IMG/VR virus record: IMGVR_UViG_3300013947_000003
Span: 32,923 to 96,922 of that record
Origin: a virus
Strand: one strand, 5' to 3'
Length of the DNA: 64,000 bases
The notes below the pieces were generated by a model. It was not told the origin of the DNA, did not search any database, and saw nothing but the letters and a program-made list of their open reading frames with translations. Of this stretch, positions 8,581 through 18,832 are shown in pieces (the first letter of the stretch is position 1; each line of letters begins with the position of its first letter). A program made the position numbers and the translations under genes.

Positions 8581-10982
8581 TTACTATTAGTATTAGTAGG
8601 TTTATTTATTTGCTTTAATTTAAGAGCCTCATCGGCTTTATTTTTACGTTTAGTTTCAGCTAATTTATCTTTTTCTAATTCCTATTTAGAATTAAACTAT
8701 CTAATTTTTTCGTCAAGTTCAGCTTTTGCTTGTTCCGGATCTTCTTTATAGAAATTCTAATTAGCCATAGATTCAGCATTTATTTCTGCAACAAGTATTC
8801 TGGTTTCATTGTCTCTTTGATTTATGGAATCTTTAAGTTCCATTTCTGCCTATTTTTGCTGCGCTTCCTGCTGTATTTGTTGCTGTGCCAATTCTTGTTG
8901 CTGTTGCTATTGTTGCTATGCTCTCTATAACATGTCTTCTTCATTCTTTTGGACCATTCTTTGTTTCTCGGCTAATGAAGTACTATTGTATAATTTCATA
9001 ATAGTAGAGAAGTTAAGTGTTTGATTCTATAGGGCTGCCTATGCTAGCATATCTAACTTTTGTTTAAGCTCCTGCATACCATCACTATTATCAACAACTA
9101 AACCATAGTCAGCTTCAGCAAACTCATCACCATCAATTTCAGTAACTTTCATAGTATTATCTGCTAATAAATACTAGAACTTCTTACTTCTTCCTTTAAG
9201 TGCAATTTTTGCAGTTTCTAAAAAGCATTCTAAAGCTCTTCTTTTAACATCGTCATGGACCATAAACAGCCATTCAGTAATATGAGAAGACTGTAAAGTA
9301 GCCCTTTCCACACCACCAACAGTTTCTCTATTACTAATCTAGCCTTCTCTTTGTCTAGAAATGCCTGCAACATCAGACATTTCCTACTTAATATACTCCA
9401 ATAGATTTACATATTGCTATATGGTATTACCAACATCTGCGTTAAATGCTCCCTGTTGTGCATTATTTAAAGCCCCTGAAAGCTTTCCCATAGCTGCTCC
9501 TGAATTGCCTTCTTTAAAACTATCAGAAACAACAATACCGGAAGTTTTAGCAAAATACATCCACTTTTCTATATCCCATCCAGTAGGAACTTTGGCTAAA
9601 TCTAGATTAATTAGAACACCCCAATTTCTAGCAAGTAGTTTATTAAGTCTGTCGTGTATAACATCATATAAGTAATTATATGATTTCATCTTATCAACTA
9701 AAGAAAATGGTTTTGAATCATTAAGATTATAAACAGATCCTACAATACCAAAATGGCATCTTGAAGGATTGGAGAGTCTATTATACTAAACTACCCTAGG
9801 ACGCATATTTACATAAATATCTGTGCCTATTTTAGTTCCTTCCCAAGCTTCATTTATATAAAAAACTGTTTCTTCCTCACCCTCTTCTGTTTTTGTTATA
9901 TAAGTTTCCGGATAAAAATTAAATACTTCTTCACCTGTTTCTGGATCATAAGATTTAACTTTTTTTATTTTTCTTCTAGATTTCCAATAAACTCTAAGAA
10001 CCCTTATATTACCATTCATATCAAAAGGAAGAAGCGAATCATTAACTCCATCAAGTTCTCCTGTAATATTAGAAAAAAAATCAGTTTGGGAATTAAATGT
10101 TTCACCTAACATAGAACCATTTATAAATCCATATCTTTCATCTATATTATCCATAGAATCAGTAGATCCTTGCCCCAAATTGTCAGGCATTTCTTCTATA
10201 TACTCTCTGTCCTTTTCTGACAATACATCATAATAAGTATCTATTATCTTCCCGGGGCTCCAATAATCCTCAAGTATTATAATATCTGCATCTTCTAATC
10301 TATTAGAATATCCAGATCTAAATGCGCGTATTTTTAAAGGGTTTATTCTTTCAATGACGGGTTCTCCACCAACAATATCACATTGATATATTTCTTCACC
10401 AACAGTCATTCCGTCCATAAATCCTTGGTTAAATATCAAAGGCATGTTAAGTTCCTTAACATAGTGGTGTAATAATGAATTGGCCCTTATTTCTCTCATA
10501 TCTTGCCATTCTAGAGAAAAATAATCTCCCATCTATTGAATGCGTTGATTAAACTCTTCCTCAGAAGAGGAAGTATCCTAAACAGCTTTTTGAAGTTCCT
10601 AATATATTTGATCCCTTTTATTGTTTTCTATTTCAGATATAGAATTAGGATTTGTAATAACAACTCTATAATCAAATACTCTGGCAGATTCTTCGCCTCT
10701 CAGAACATCTAGTTTGCTATTCATGATAGGATAGTGTTGTATTTTATCAGGAATAAATCCAGCCTGAAGATGCTCGGGATTTAATATCATCATAAGGTCA
10801 CTCATATGAAGTTTACCATTAATTAAATCATAATTAATCTTCTTATGAATAACACTGTTCCTAACAGGTGAATAGTTGAAAAATGTCTTAGAGTCTGCCC
10901 AATCACAATGAAGTTTACGCCATTTTTTATTCTTTTTATTAAATGGCAACTATTGTGGGGGTAATTTAACAAAATTACTCAT
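8577..10982 (-). CDS. Portal protein (crAss-like), TAG-recoded, with C-terminal poly-Q/coiled-coil tail
   Basis: ATG 10982. Track ORFs 10599..10949, 9786..10532 and 9417..9689 share one frame, and I translated the junctions across the TAGs. TGA 8577-8579 overlaps the next ATG. Lies directly downstream of the terminase gene. Confidence 0.7.
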
Positions 10983-11007
10983 ATATCTTTCAACTTTAAA
11001 TTTTATA

Positions 11008-11015
11008 CAAAGGTA
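11008..11015 (-). promoter_or_regulatory. Bacteroidota-type -7 element (TACCTTTG on minus strand)
   Basis: 26 nt upstream of the portal ATG, in the only gap between terL and the portal gene. Confidence 0.4.
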
Positions 11016-11061
11016 TCATATAATAAACAAATACACAACATAATAATTATTTTATTAACTA

Positions 11062-13299
11062 TTATAAAGTATTAAGTTTAAACTGTCTATAATTTTTTTC
11101 AAAGAATGGGTCTATCTCAAGTCCTTTAGGTTTTACCTAAGCTCTTCGCATATCCCCTTGATATAATATCATCTTTTCTTCTCTAAAGAGCATTAACTAA
11201 ACTAATGACATCAATCTATCAACATTTATATCAGGGTTAAATAATATAAGTTCTTTTAGTAAAGCTCTATTTTTAATAAATGATAAATTAGGCACAGTAT
11301 AAGAAACTTCATGACCATTCTATTCTTCATTTATAGTAACAGGCTTTAATAACCAATCTCTAATTAAAGTTAGTCCAAAGTTTTTAATAGGTACTGTTGC
11401 CTAAACTCCCTTACTAGAATTACCAAAATTAGAGGACTTTATCAACTATTTATTCCTTAAATATTCAGGTGTATCAGCCAACATGTACAAACTATTAGTT
11501 CTACTAAAGTAAGAAAATGTGTTCTTTTTATTACTTTCATAGAGTAATTGACAATTATAAAATAAACATATCTTTCTAGCTATCTCATTTAAATCATCTA
11601 CAAACATAGGTCTGCCTGTGTACTCTGCAACTATTCTATCAGTCCATAGGTCCATTACAAACAAAGAACCTAAAGACATTGTATTAGATTCATCATTTTC
11701 ATAATTATCTAGAGATGCTATATACCTATCCTATGGAATCTTACCTTGTACTTCCTAAGGCATTTCAAATATTTCTAAAGCTCCGGTACTTTTATTATCC
11801 TTTAATGGGAAGTCTCTAATAGGTTTATCATAACTAGGCTAGAACTCTACTTCATGTTTTTTATTAAATACAAGATTTCCTATATAAGTATCATCGTAGA
11901 AATTAGGGTTATTATCAATTTCATTTAATCTAGCTGTTAATTCTGTTATAGGAAATATATTGCCTTTAGCTCTCTGAATAGCTTCCTACGGTGTTATAGG
12001 AATTTCAGCAATACGTTTAGTAATAGCATTAATATTAGTTGAATTATATTTAACAAGATACCTATCTTTTAGTATTTGTACTAATGCCTTAATAACATCG
12101 CTATTACCATCTTTATCATAACAATCAGCCCTATTTAAATATCCAGGAAAAAAGTATGTAAACTATTTCCTTCCCTATCCCTCTTTATCATAAATATTAT
12201 CAATCCCTAAAACATTGTAGCCTTTAGGATTATACATAAGTTCCTGCATAGAACTAAAGTCAGAGTCATTATCACCTGCTGTACCCCAAGCAGCAATAAT
12301 TCCCCACACACTATCACCATCTTCTACAGAAGGCCTTAATACCTACCATAGATTTAATAACCTAGGGAACGTGCCACTCTCCTCGATTATATATAAAACT
12401 CCTCTAGAACCTCTAAGTTTAGATTCATCATCTTTAGAAGTAATACCCATAACACTATTTTCTGTACCCATTCTAACACCTGTTTCAACATCTAAATAGC
12501 CCATAGTCCATTGCATATTCTAAAGACTAGATGTTAATCTTCTAGAGGGAAATTGAGTATTACTAGCACAGAAATCTATATAATACTAAAACATGTCTAG
12601 AATCTAATTAGCCCCTTGTATATATTTTCTTTCAGATGCAGTTACGACACACTATACTTTCTTATTTACTTCGTAACCTTCTCCTAATATAAATCTTTTA
12701 GCTAACAAAGAAGCACCACAAAAAGACTTACCACAACCACGTCTTGATAGTTCCATATAATGATGTCCTCGATCTCTACACTATTGTAAAAAATGAAATT
12801 TATAATAGTGCCCTTCCCAAAATAATGGCATACCTACAGAACGTATTGTTTTACCTTTTGCATCTTTTTTTATAAGCTACATAGGGCAGTAGTTTAAAAA
12901 GAAATACATATCACCGGTAATCCACTCACCATCAGATGGCCTTACATACCCTTCATAGCATCTTCTAATTTCCTCTCTAATCCATTTACCAAATTCACTA
13001 TTAGGATTAGCATTAGGTTTTAAATCTGTTAGTCTTCCTGTTTTCTAAAAATGTATTGCTGTGGGTCTAAAATAATCCGTATCTTCTAATATGTGGGGTT
13101 TTGTTATGTCAATAATGATTTTACCTTCTTCATCTCTAGGAAGATCTTTAGCATAGGGTCTATCAGCAGAAATTAGCTTTTTTATATAAGGAACATTATT
13201 AATATAATCAAAGAACTGCTCCTTAACTTCTTCATTCATAGAATCAAGCAGTTCCTAAGTTATACTAGTCTAGCATTTATTTAATCGAAAGTTCTCCAT
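11062..13299 (-). CDS. terL: Terminase large subunit, TAG-recoded (start at 13299 or 13239)
   Basis: Walker A MELSRRGCGKS. Track ORFs 13045..13239 and 11446..11679 share a frame. The C-terminal extension was translated through six TAGs to TAA 11062-11064. Confidence 0.85.
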
Positions 13300-13348
13300 T
13301 TAATACCAGTTTTATTATTTCTTGTATTATATATAAATCAAACTTTTT

Positions 13349-13567
13349 CTAAAAACTCTCTAAGGAAGTGGTTGATACTTTATCTGTTTTAGTAAACCTT
13401 TCTATAAGCTCTCCTTTACTTTTAGTTATTTCATACAACTCCCCTGTGAAAGTCTTAATAATCTTCATTGTAGAATGTGTCTCCATAGTTTTTCTAACAA
13501 CAAGATTTTTACCAACTGCTTTCCCTATAGTATTTATTACTTCATTAAAGGTTAAGTCCATCTTCAA
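13349..13567 (-). CDS. Hypothetical 72-aa protein (TAG at 13349 may be read through to 13277)
   Basis: Track ORF. The terminal TAG is ambiguous in this code context. Confidence 0.4.
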   Translation of the reverse strand: MKMDLTFNEVINTIGKAVGKNLVVRKTMETHSTMKIIKTFTGELYEITKSKGELIERFTKTDKVSTTSLESF

Positions 13568-14093
13568 ATAACTTTTTTTCGCCCGAACCTCTCATTTTTC
13601 CTGAACTAACCATTTCAGTGGTAATGGCTTTTTCTGCATCTGCAAGGTCCTTAACTAATTGTGGAATCATTTTAATAGTAGAGGTTATACTATTTATAGT
13701 ATAAATAGGCTTTCCTTTATCATCTGAGGCATTAAGATCAACATCTCTAAGGAATGTTCTAACCTTATCTACTGCAATACGAGTATCCTCAAGAAGAAGC
13801 GCAGAGGGGGATTTAAAGGACTCATAAAACTACATAGCTTCTTGAACTTGTTTATCAGGTTTCCAATCCTTTAATCCCTCTCCCTCTATAACTGCTTTTG
13901 CCCTTTCTTTTGGGTCAATAATATATTGATAATCACTTCTAGGATCGCACATAAAATAAATATAAGCCAATTCCTAAAGTGCTTTATTTTTACCATTAGT
14001 TTTATCTCTAGACCATATTAATTTGAATGGCTTAAGCATTAGTGCTTCTTCCGAGATAACAACTTTATATGCATCATATTTAAACAACTTCAT
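13545..14093 (-). CDS. Hypothetical 182-aa protein just upstream of terL (packaging accessory or small terminase by position only)
   Basis: ATG 14093, two in-frame TAGs, TAA 13545-13547. Confidence 0.5.
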
Positions 14094-14103
14094 AAATAAT
14101 AAA

Positions 14104-14130
14104 TTAAAAAAGCCTCTCAACTGAGAGGCT
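14104..14130 (-). terminator. Rho-independent terminator
   Basis: Hairpin agcctctca/tgagaggct followed by a T-run on the minus strand. Confidence 0.6.
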
Positions 14131-14137
14131 TTGTCCT

Positions 14138-14548
14138 TTAAAGAATAATGTCTTTATTAGGATGGATAATTGAAGTATCTTCAGTTTCCTCCCATTCTTC
14201 TACTACAAATTCTATATCTCTGTCCTACAGTAGTAAACAGGGCTTATTATCAATTACAACAATATCAAATCTATATTCAATAACCGGATTGTCTGATATA
14301 ATACCGTCTTTAAGACTGCCGTCTTTATGCTTTTTGATTGCAAATCTGTTTGGGTTTATTGAGACAAGATCTCCTACTTTAATGCCTCTAACAGAATCTC
14401 CAACAGCTAATACTTTTTGATACTCTTTTACAGTACCTGCTTTTTTTGTAACATCTATAATATTTCCTATTTTACCATCTTCCTCATATACATCCATAGT
14501 TGTAACAAGGGCAGTAAACATAGGTTTAATTTTTTTTACTATCAACAT
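14138..14548 (-). CDS. 136-aa protein, possibly GroES/Hsp10-like fold; TAG read through
   Basis: Track ORF 14225..14548 ends in TAG. The frame continues to TAA 14138-14140, immediately before the terminator. The pattern VLAVGDSVRGIKVGDLV is reminiscent of co-chaperonins. Confidence 0.35.
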
Positions 14549-14768
14549 ATGCTTTTATTCTTTTATATTTATCATAAGGGCAAGCTAACTTACCTAATGA
14601 TGGAATATTAAAACTAGTAGTTAATTTAGAAAACTCTTCCTCTGATAAGTTTTCTTTTAAAGGTAACTCTTCTATGTGTTTTCTAATACATAGCCAAAAG
14701 GCTTTATAGGTTTTCTCCACCACATTTACTGGTAAATTTAACTCTTTTGCTATCTCTTCTATAGTCAT
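14526..14768 (-). CDS. Hypothetical 80-aa protein (possible small DNA-binding protein)
   Basis: Intact track ORF that overlaps its neighbours. Confidence 0.4.
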   Translation of the reverse strand: MTIEEIAKELNLPVNVVEKTYKAFWLCIRKHIEELPLKENLSEEEFSKLTTSFNIPSLGKLACPYDKYKRIKAYVDSKKN

Positions 14769-15148
14769 TCTGTAAAATCAAATAACAGCATAAACTTAAA
14801 ATTACCCTCGTCTTTTGTAATATTAGGTATGAATTTAGGATTTATTTTATCATCTATAATGATCTTCTTATCCCTAAGTTTAGACATTATAACCTGAAAA
14901 TGAGAACTTGTAATACCACAATCTTCTCTTACAGCCTTTTTAATCTCCTCACTCATTAATACCCTATTAAGTAATTCCTCACTTGTAATATTGAGGCTTA
15001 ATTGATACCTGTGTTTTACAAATGAGGAAATTACTTCAATCTCTCTATTTGTGAGATTATGAAAGGGCTTAAGAAACTCAAACCAATATTTAAAGAACTT
15101 TTCTTTTGTAGTGGGAATCCTAACAACATTGTTAATCTTCCCTAACAT
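14765..15148 (-). CDS. Hypothetical 127-aa protein
   Basis: Intact track ORF with an ATGA-type overlap. Confidence 0.5.
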   Translation of the reverse strand: MLGKINNVVRIPTTKEKFFKYWFEFLKPFHNLTNREIEVISSFVKHRYQLSLNITSEELLNRVLMSEEIKKAVREDCGITSSHFQVIMSKLRDKKIIIDDKINPKFIPNITKDEGNFKFMLLFDFTE

Positions 15149-15149
15149 A

Positions 15150-15407
15150 TTATTCTTCTGCTTGAGTTTCTTCTTTTACAGGAGTCATAATCTCAACAAT
15201 CTCCTTAACACACTTATCTACAAATTCCTTATCAAAGCTAATTTCATTTTCAATTACCTTAAAAAGATAATCAAGACGCTTAAAAAGAGTAGTAGTGCTA
15301 AATTGTTGAAGTTTATTATATAATGCATTATTATCCTGCTGAAGCTGTTCTGCAACTGCTTTAAGTTGTTCGTACGTAAGCTCCTTTACTTCTTTATTAT
15401 CTTCCAT
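15150..15407 (-). CDS. Hypothetical 85-aa coiled-coil protein
   Basis: Intact track ORF. Confidence 0.5.
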   Translation of the reverse strand: MEDNKEVKELTYEQLKAVAEQLQQDNNALYNKLQQFSTTTLFKRLDYLFKVIENEISFDKEFVDKCVKEIVEIMTPVKEETQAEE

Positions 15408-15410
15408 TGC

Positions 15411-15641
15411 TTATAAAGTATTATTTAAATATTTAAATCCGTATTTATTTTTATAAAGAGTTTCCCACTCTTTAATATTTAATTCTCCTGTATCTGTTCC
15501 TCCACAGTTATCACAGTATACAAGATCGTCTAAGCCCATTCTGAGTATCCTTAAAGACAAGCATTTCTTACAGTATACAACAGGTTCCTCATCATACTTT
15601 GTAGGCTCCTTGAATTCTAAAGTATCAATTGGTTCCTCCAT
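15411..15641 (-). CDS. Zinc-ribbon protein (CxxC...CxxC)
   Basis: CKKC..CDNC in a 76-aa ORF. Confidence 0.5.
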   Translation of the reverse strand: MEEPIDTLEFKEPTKYDEEPVVYCKKCLSLRILRMGLDDLVYCDNCGGTDTGELNIKEWETLYKNKYGFKYLNNTL

Positions 15642-15801
15642 CTTTATAGTATACTAATATAAAACTACCATTTTCTTTGACTAAAGATACTATGTCTTCT
15701 CTTTTAACATTTAGGTTATTTGCTTTTACTACCAACTATCGAATATTAGTTGCAGATATGGCAGTCATAACCTTTCCATCTTTAACCATAGGTTCCATCA
15801 T
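15625..15801 (-). CDS. Hypothetical 58-aa protein with in-frame TAG
   Basis: ATGATG start at 15801, TAG 15736-15738 in frame, TGA 15625-15627. Confidence 0.45.
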
Positions 15802-15980
15802 TTCTTTATTTTACCGCCTGAAGCCATCTTCATAGCATTGGCTCTTCTTTCTAATGCTGCTGCTTGTGCTTTAGCGGCCTTAATAGCAGCATTCTTTCTA
15901 CTAGGACTATTCATAATTTCCTAGTATTGTGCTAATGTATGAGCATCACTTTCAGCTTGCCATTTTTTATCAATTTTCAT
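15798..15980 (-). CDS. Hypothetical 60-aa protein with in-frame TAG
   Basis: ATG 15980, TAG 15921-15923 in frame, TGA 15798-15800 in an ATGA overlap. Confidence 0.45.
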
Positions 15981-16159
15981 CTTTTTACACTTATTTTATT
16001 AAGTTCATCATAGAAATTTAGTACAAACTACTCATTTTCTAGTGAGTGTATTTCTATAATTTTATCTATAAAGTTAAGATCGTCTAGTATAGCCAGCATG
16101 GCATGTTTAAGATATTCAATACTGGGCTTATTAAAATTATCAAGAATAGTCTGTTCCAT
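15977..16159 (-). CDS. Hypothetical 60-aa protein with in-frame TAG
   Basis: ATG 16159, TAG 16028-16030 in frame, TGA 15977-15979 in an ATGA overlap. Confidence 0.45.
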
Positions 16160-16173
16160 AATATTAAATTTAG

Positions 16174-16246
16174 TCGCCCCACTCAGAGTCGAACTGAGAT
16201 CTTCAGATTTAGAGTCTGTAGTAATAAACCGTTATACTATAGGGCA
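16174..16246 (-). tRNA. Amber-suppressor tRNA, anticodon CUA (reads UAG)
   Basis: Minus-strand sequence tgcccta ta gtataacggtttattac t acaga CT-CTA-AA tctga agat ctcag ttcgact ctgag tggggcg a. Cloverleaf with a canonical T-loop. The anticodon corresponds to plus-strand tag at 16210-16212. Confidence 0.75.
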
Positions 16247-16250
16247 TTAA

Positions 16251-16484
16251 TTAAAATATATATTTATACATTAGTATATAAAAAGCAACTGCTAAGAACT
16301 GCCCTACTATGCCCCCTGCTAATGTCATTAAAATATCCAGTTCGTCAAATTTATTTCCATATTGCTTGTCTTTAAATTCCATTCCTATGGCCAAGCCTAA
16401 TACAAATAATATTGTGCCAATAAATCCTGCAGGTATTGCATAAAAGAAATGTTTGTTCCTGTTACTTTCCGTAAACCAACTCAT
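16251..16484 (-). CDS. 77-aa membrane protein
   Basis: Intact ORF with two or three hydrophobic segments, sandwiched between tRNA genes. Confidence 0.45.
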   Translation of the reverse strand: MSWFTESNRNKHFFYAIPAGFIGTILFVLGLAIGMEFKDKQYGNKFDELDILMTLAGGIVGQFLAVAFYILMYKYIF

Positions 16485-16497
16485 AATATTTATTTTT

Positions 16498-16564
16498 TGC
16501 GGTTCCTAGTAGATTCGAACTACTATCTTCCATTTCAGGAGTAATACCATTATACTAAGGAACC
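16498..16564 (-). tRNA. tRNA-like element with truncated anticodon arm (pseudo-tRNA?)
   Basis: The acceptor (ggttcct/aggaacc), D-arm and T-arm (agtag ttcgaat ctact) are good. Only 16 nt (tcctgaaatggaagat) lie where about 22-23 nt are expected. Confidence 0.4.
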
Positions 16565-16644
16565 AAGCTCCCTCCTTCCGTCTTCTCAGATTAAGGGAGG
16601 TTATTGTACAAATTAACAACAATTAAACATCTTTCCACCGTGTG

Positions 16645-16716
16645 TCTCCCCAGAAAGACTCGAACTTTCAATGTGGGATTAGAAATCCCAAGTTATATCC
16701 CTTTAACTATGGGGAG
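16645..16716 (-). tRNA. tRNA-Arg (anticodon UCU)
   Basis: ctcccca ta gtta aagggata taac t tggga tt-TCT-aa tccca catt gaaag ttcgagt ctttc tggggag a. Confidence 0.8.
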
Positions 16717-16782
16717 CTTAATCAGAGTATTAAGATGCCACAAAGTAAAGTATAATATTTTAATTATACAAATATTTTAACA

Positions 16783-16968
16783 TTATTTAAGATTATTATT
16801 TATTTCATTGCTTAATTGTTTCATTTGTTCTTGGGTATTATCTATTCCGCCCCCATCAGCAAATTTATTATAAGTTTCTTTAATACTATTTACATCCCTA
16901 AGACCACTCTGAACACCAAGACGTATTATAATAGCCCTATCTCTCATTGGTAAGTTTTCCCAAGCCAT
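16783..16968 (-). CDS. Hypothetical 61-aa protein
   Basis: Intact track ORF. Confidence 0.4.
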   Translation of the reverse strand: MAWENLPMRDRAIIIRLGVQSGLRDVNSIKETYNKFADGGGIDNTQEQMKQLSNEINNNLK

Positions 16969-16975
16969 ATATATA

Positions 16976-17014
16976 TTAAAATTAAAGGGTATAGGGTTAA
17001 AGCCCCATACCCTT
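16976..17014 (-). terminator. Terminator-like hairpin
   Basis: aagggtataggg/ccccataccctt hairpin downstream of the 17020 gene, followed by T-rich sequence on the minus strand. Confidence 0.4.
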
Positions 17015-17019
17015 ATATA

Positions 17020-17592
17020 TTATTGAATATTTACAAAATCTATCATTAAAAATTCTTTATCAGTGCCTTCCTCTATATTCTTTTTATTATTAAACTTAGC
17101 ATATATCCAAGGCCACCAATCATCTAAATAAGTCCCTGTACATGGAGTACCTAGAGTATTGTTAGATGAATACTTATCCTCATAAGTAGGATTATGTTTA
17201 AATTCATAAACTACTGTCCAAGACTCTTTGTCAATACCTCCACAGAACTTTACTCTAGGATACTTTTTTACTAAAGTATCACAGTAATGCTGAAAGAGTT
17301 GTATATCCTCTTCATCTAATTTCCTTTCTAGAACTAGTCTAACATAACAATTTCTTTTCTTATTAAGGAAGTCTAAGAATGTTTCTATATCTCCTTTATA
17401 AGCCATAAGACCATGCCTTATTTCTACATTAAAATCCCTATCAAAACTAATCCTAAAATCAAAAAATCTAATACCTAGCTTATACTGCTCCTCTATAGAT
17501 TTACTTTGACACCTTGCTACAAATCTAAAAGGATATAGATACCATTTCTTAGGAGGTAAATATGTTAGAGAATTGTGTGATGCTATGATCAT
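17020..17592 (-). CDS. PI-PLC X-domain-like (PLC-like phosphodiesterase) protein
   Basis: ASHNSLTY..GIRFFDFRI..EIRHG resembles the catalytic His/Arg motifs of PLC-like phosphodiesterases. TAA stop. Confidence 0.5.
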   Translation of the reverse strand: MIIASHNSLTYLPPKKWYLYPFRFVARCQSKSIEEQYKLGIRFFDFRISFDRDFNVEIRHGLMAYKGDIETFLDFLNKKRNCYVRLVLERKLDEEDIQLFQHYCDTLVKKYPRVKFCGGIDKESWTVVYEFKHNPTYEDKYSSNNTLGTPCTGTYLDDWWPWIYAKFNNKKNIEEGTDKEFLMIDFVNIQ

Positions 17593-18353
17593 CTTATAAT
17601 AATATTTTTTGTAGAAAATCCTTCTTTTATTTGTACTTTAGGAAGTATTGTAACTGTATAATCATACCCGATGCCATTACATATAGCATTTGGATTGGTT
17701 TCTGTAATATAGAATGTTTCTCTTCCTGTAGTATAATTTGCTAGATCCTAGCATTCTGTACTTATACTATAACCTCCAGAACTTTCTGTAAACTGATCAG
17801 ATGTGGTTAAAGTTGCTACAGTACTTAGTACACCTATATTAAAATCTGGGGAATATGAGTTATAATATAAAAATGAATATTTATTACTAAATAATTCAGT
17901 CCTACTTAATATTAAATTTGGAGAAGTGTCTTTTTGGTAGTCTAGAAGATTTTTATAAGAATCATTATGATCTGGTACCCCTATATAAACATTTGCTGTA
18001 AGTTTTACTCCTTCAGGGAAATCATTTCTTAATACCTGTATACCCCGATATATTCTAAAATTATCACCTTCTACATTGCCTGCCAGCATCCCCGAATAAT
18101 TGTCAGCAAAGGGAAGATTTGAAGTGTCAGTACTTGGAATAACAGTTTTAAAGTAATCACCTATTACAACAGTATATATATCATCTTTATCTATATAATA
18201 AACAGGATCAGTAATAGCAAAATTGGCTTTTGGGCTATCATCTCCAATACTATCAAGAACTTCCCAATACTTCAAATTATTCTTCTGCTCTTCAAGACTA
18301 CCACCACCAGAGACAATAGTCTTACCATTTCTTTTACCTATAATATGTTTCAT
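17589..18353 (-). CDS. 254-aa virion-module protein; TAG read through
   Basis: Track ORF 17748..18353 ends in TAG. The same frame continues for 52 codons to TGA 17589-17591, which overlaps the next ATG (ATGA). Confidence 0.6.
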
Positions 18354-18415
18354 CTTTTACTTAATTTTAAGCATATTATTAGCGTTCCTATTAATCAACC
18401 TTTATTATAAAAATT

Positions 18416-18700
18416 AGAGATTATAGAGAGACCTGCCCCACTTTTCGCCAAATTGGGAGCCTGGCATAGGTAATTATAGCCCTTGGGGCGTTTATATAAT
18501 ATTAGTCTACCTCTCTTATCTCTAGCTTCCATTTACCTCTGCCCTACTACTAGTACCCTTTATTCTCCTAGGTTGGCCGGAAGACCCGCAGACTATAATT
18601 ACCTCATCTCTAACACTCTATGGTGTTTAAAGGCTATGTGATTAACAGTACTTGACCGTTCACTTCTTATAAGAAGCACTGCAAAGTTACATAAAATATT
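18416..18700. ncRNA. Candidate structured RNA or regulatory element in the divergent intergenic region
   Basis: No ORF. Richer in G+C than the flanks. Perfect 12-nt inverted repeat aggtaattatag (18469-18480) / ctataattacct (18592-18603). GCCCCA (18434-18439) / TGGGGC (18484-18489). Hairpin cttcttat/ataagaag at about 18663-18678. Confidence 0.3.
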
Positions 18701-18832
18701 TTTAAAAAACAAACTATTAATAAAATCCTAATAATACTATTAATGAAAAATGTTCAATGTTTAGAATATTAACACTTATTAAATTTCTTTTCTAGAGTAG
18801 TTAAAATATGTATATCACTGTTAATAATTTAA

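Noticed and set aside
13277-13349. Read-through of the TAG that ends ORF 13349..13567
   Set aside because: The 24-codon extension is low-complexity and overlaps the alternative upstream TerL start (13299). The evidence does not decide whether this TAG is decoded or the gene simply ends here.
1-18353. TGA=Trp recoding (code 4) as an alternative explanation for the fragmented late genes
   Set aside because: Every interruption I checked is TAG. TGA occurs at gene ends in ATGA overlaps (5517, 8577, 15798, 15977, 17589) and works as a true stop.
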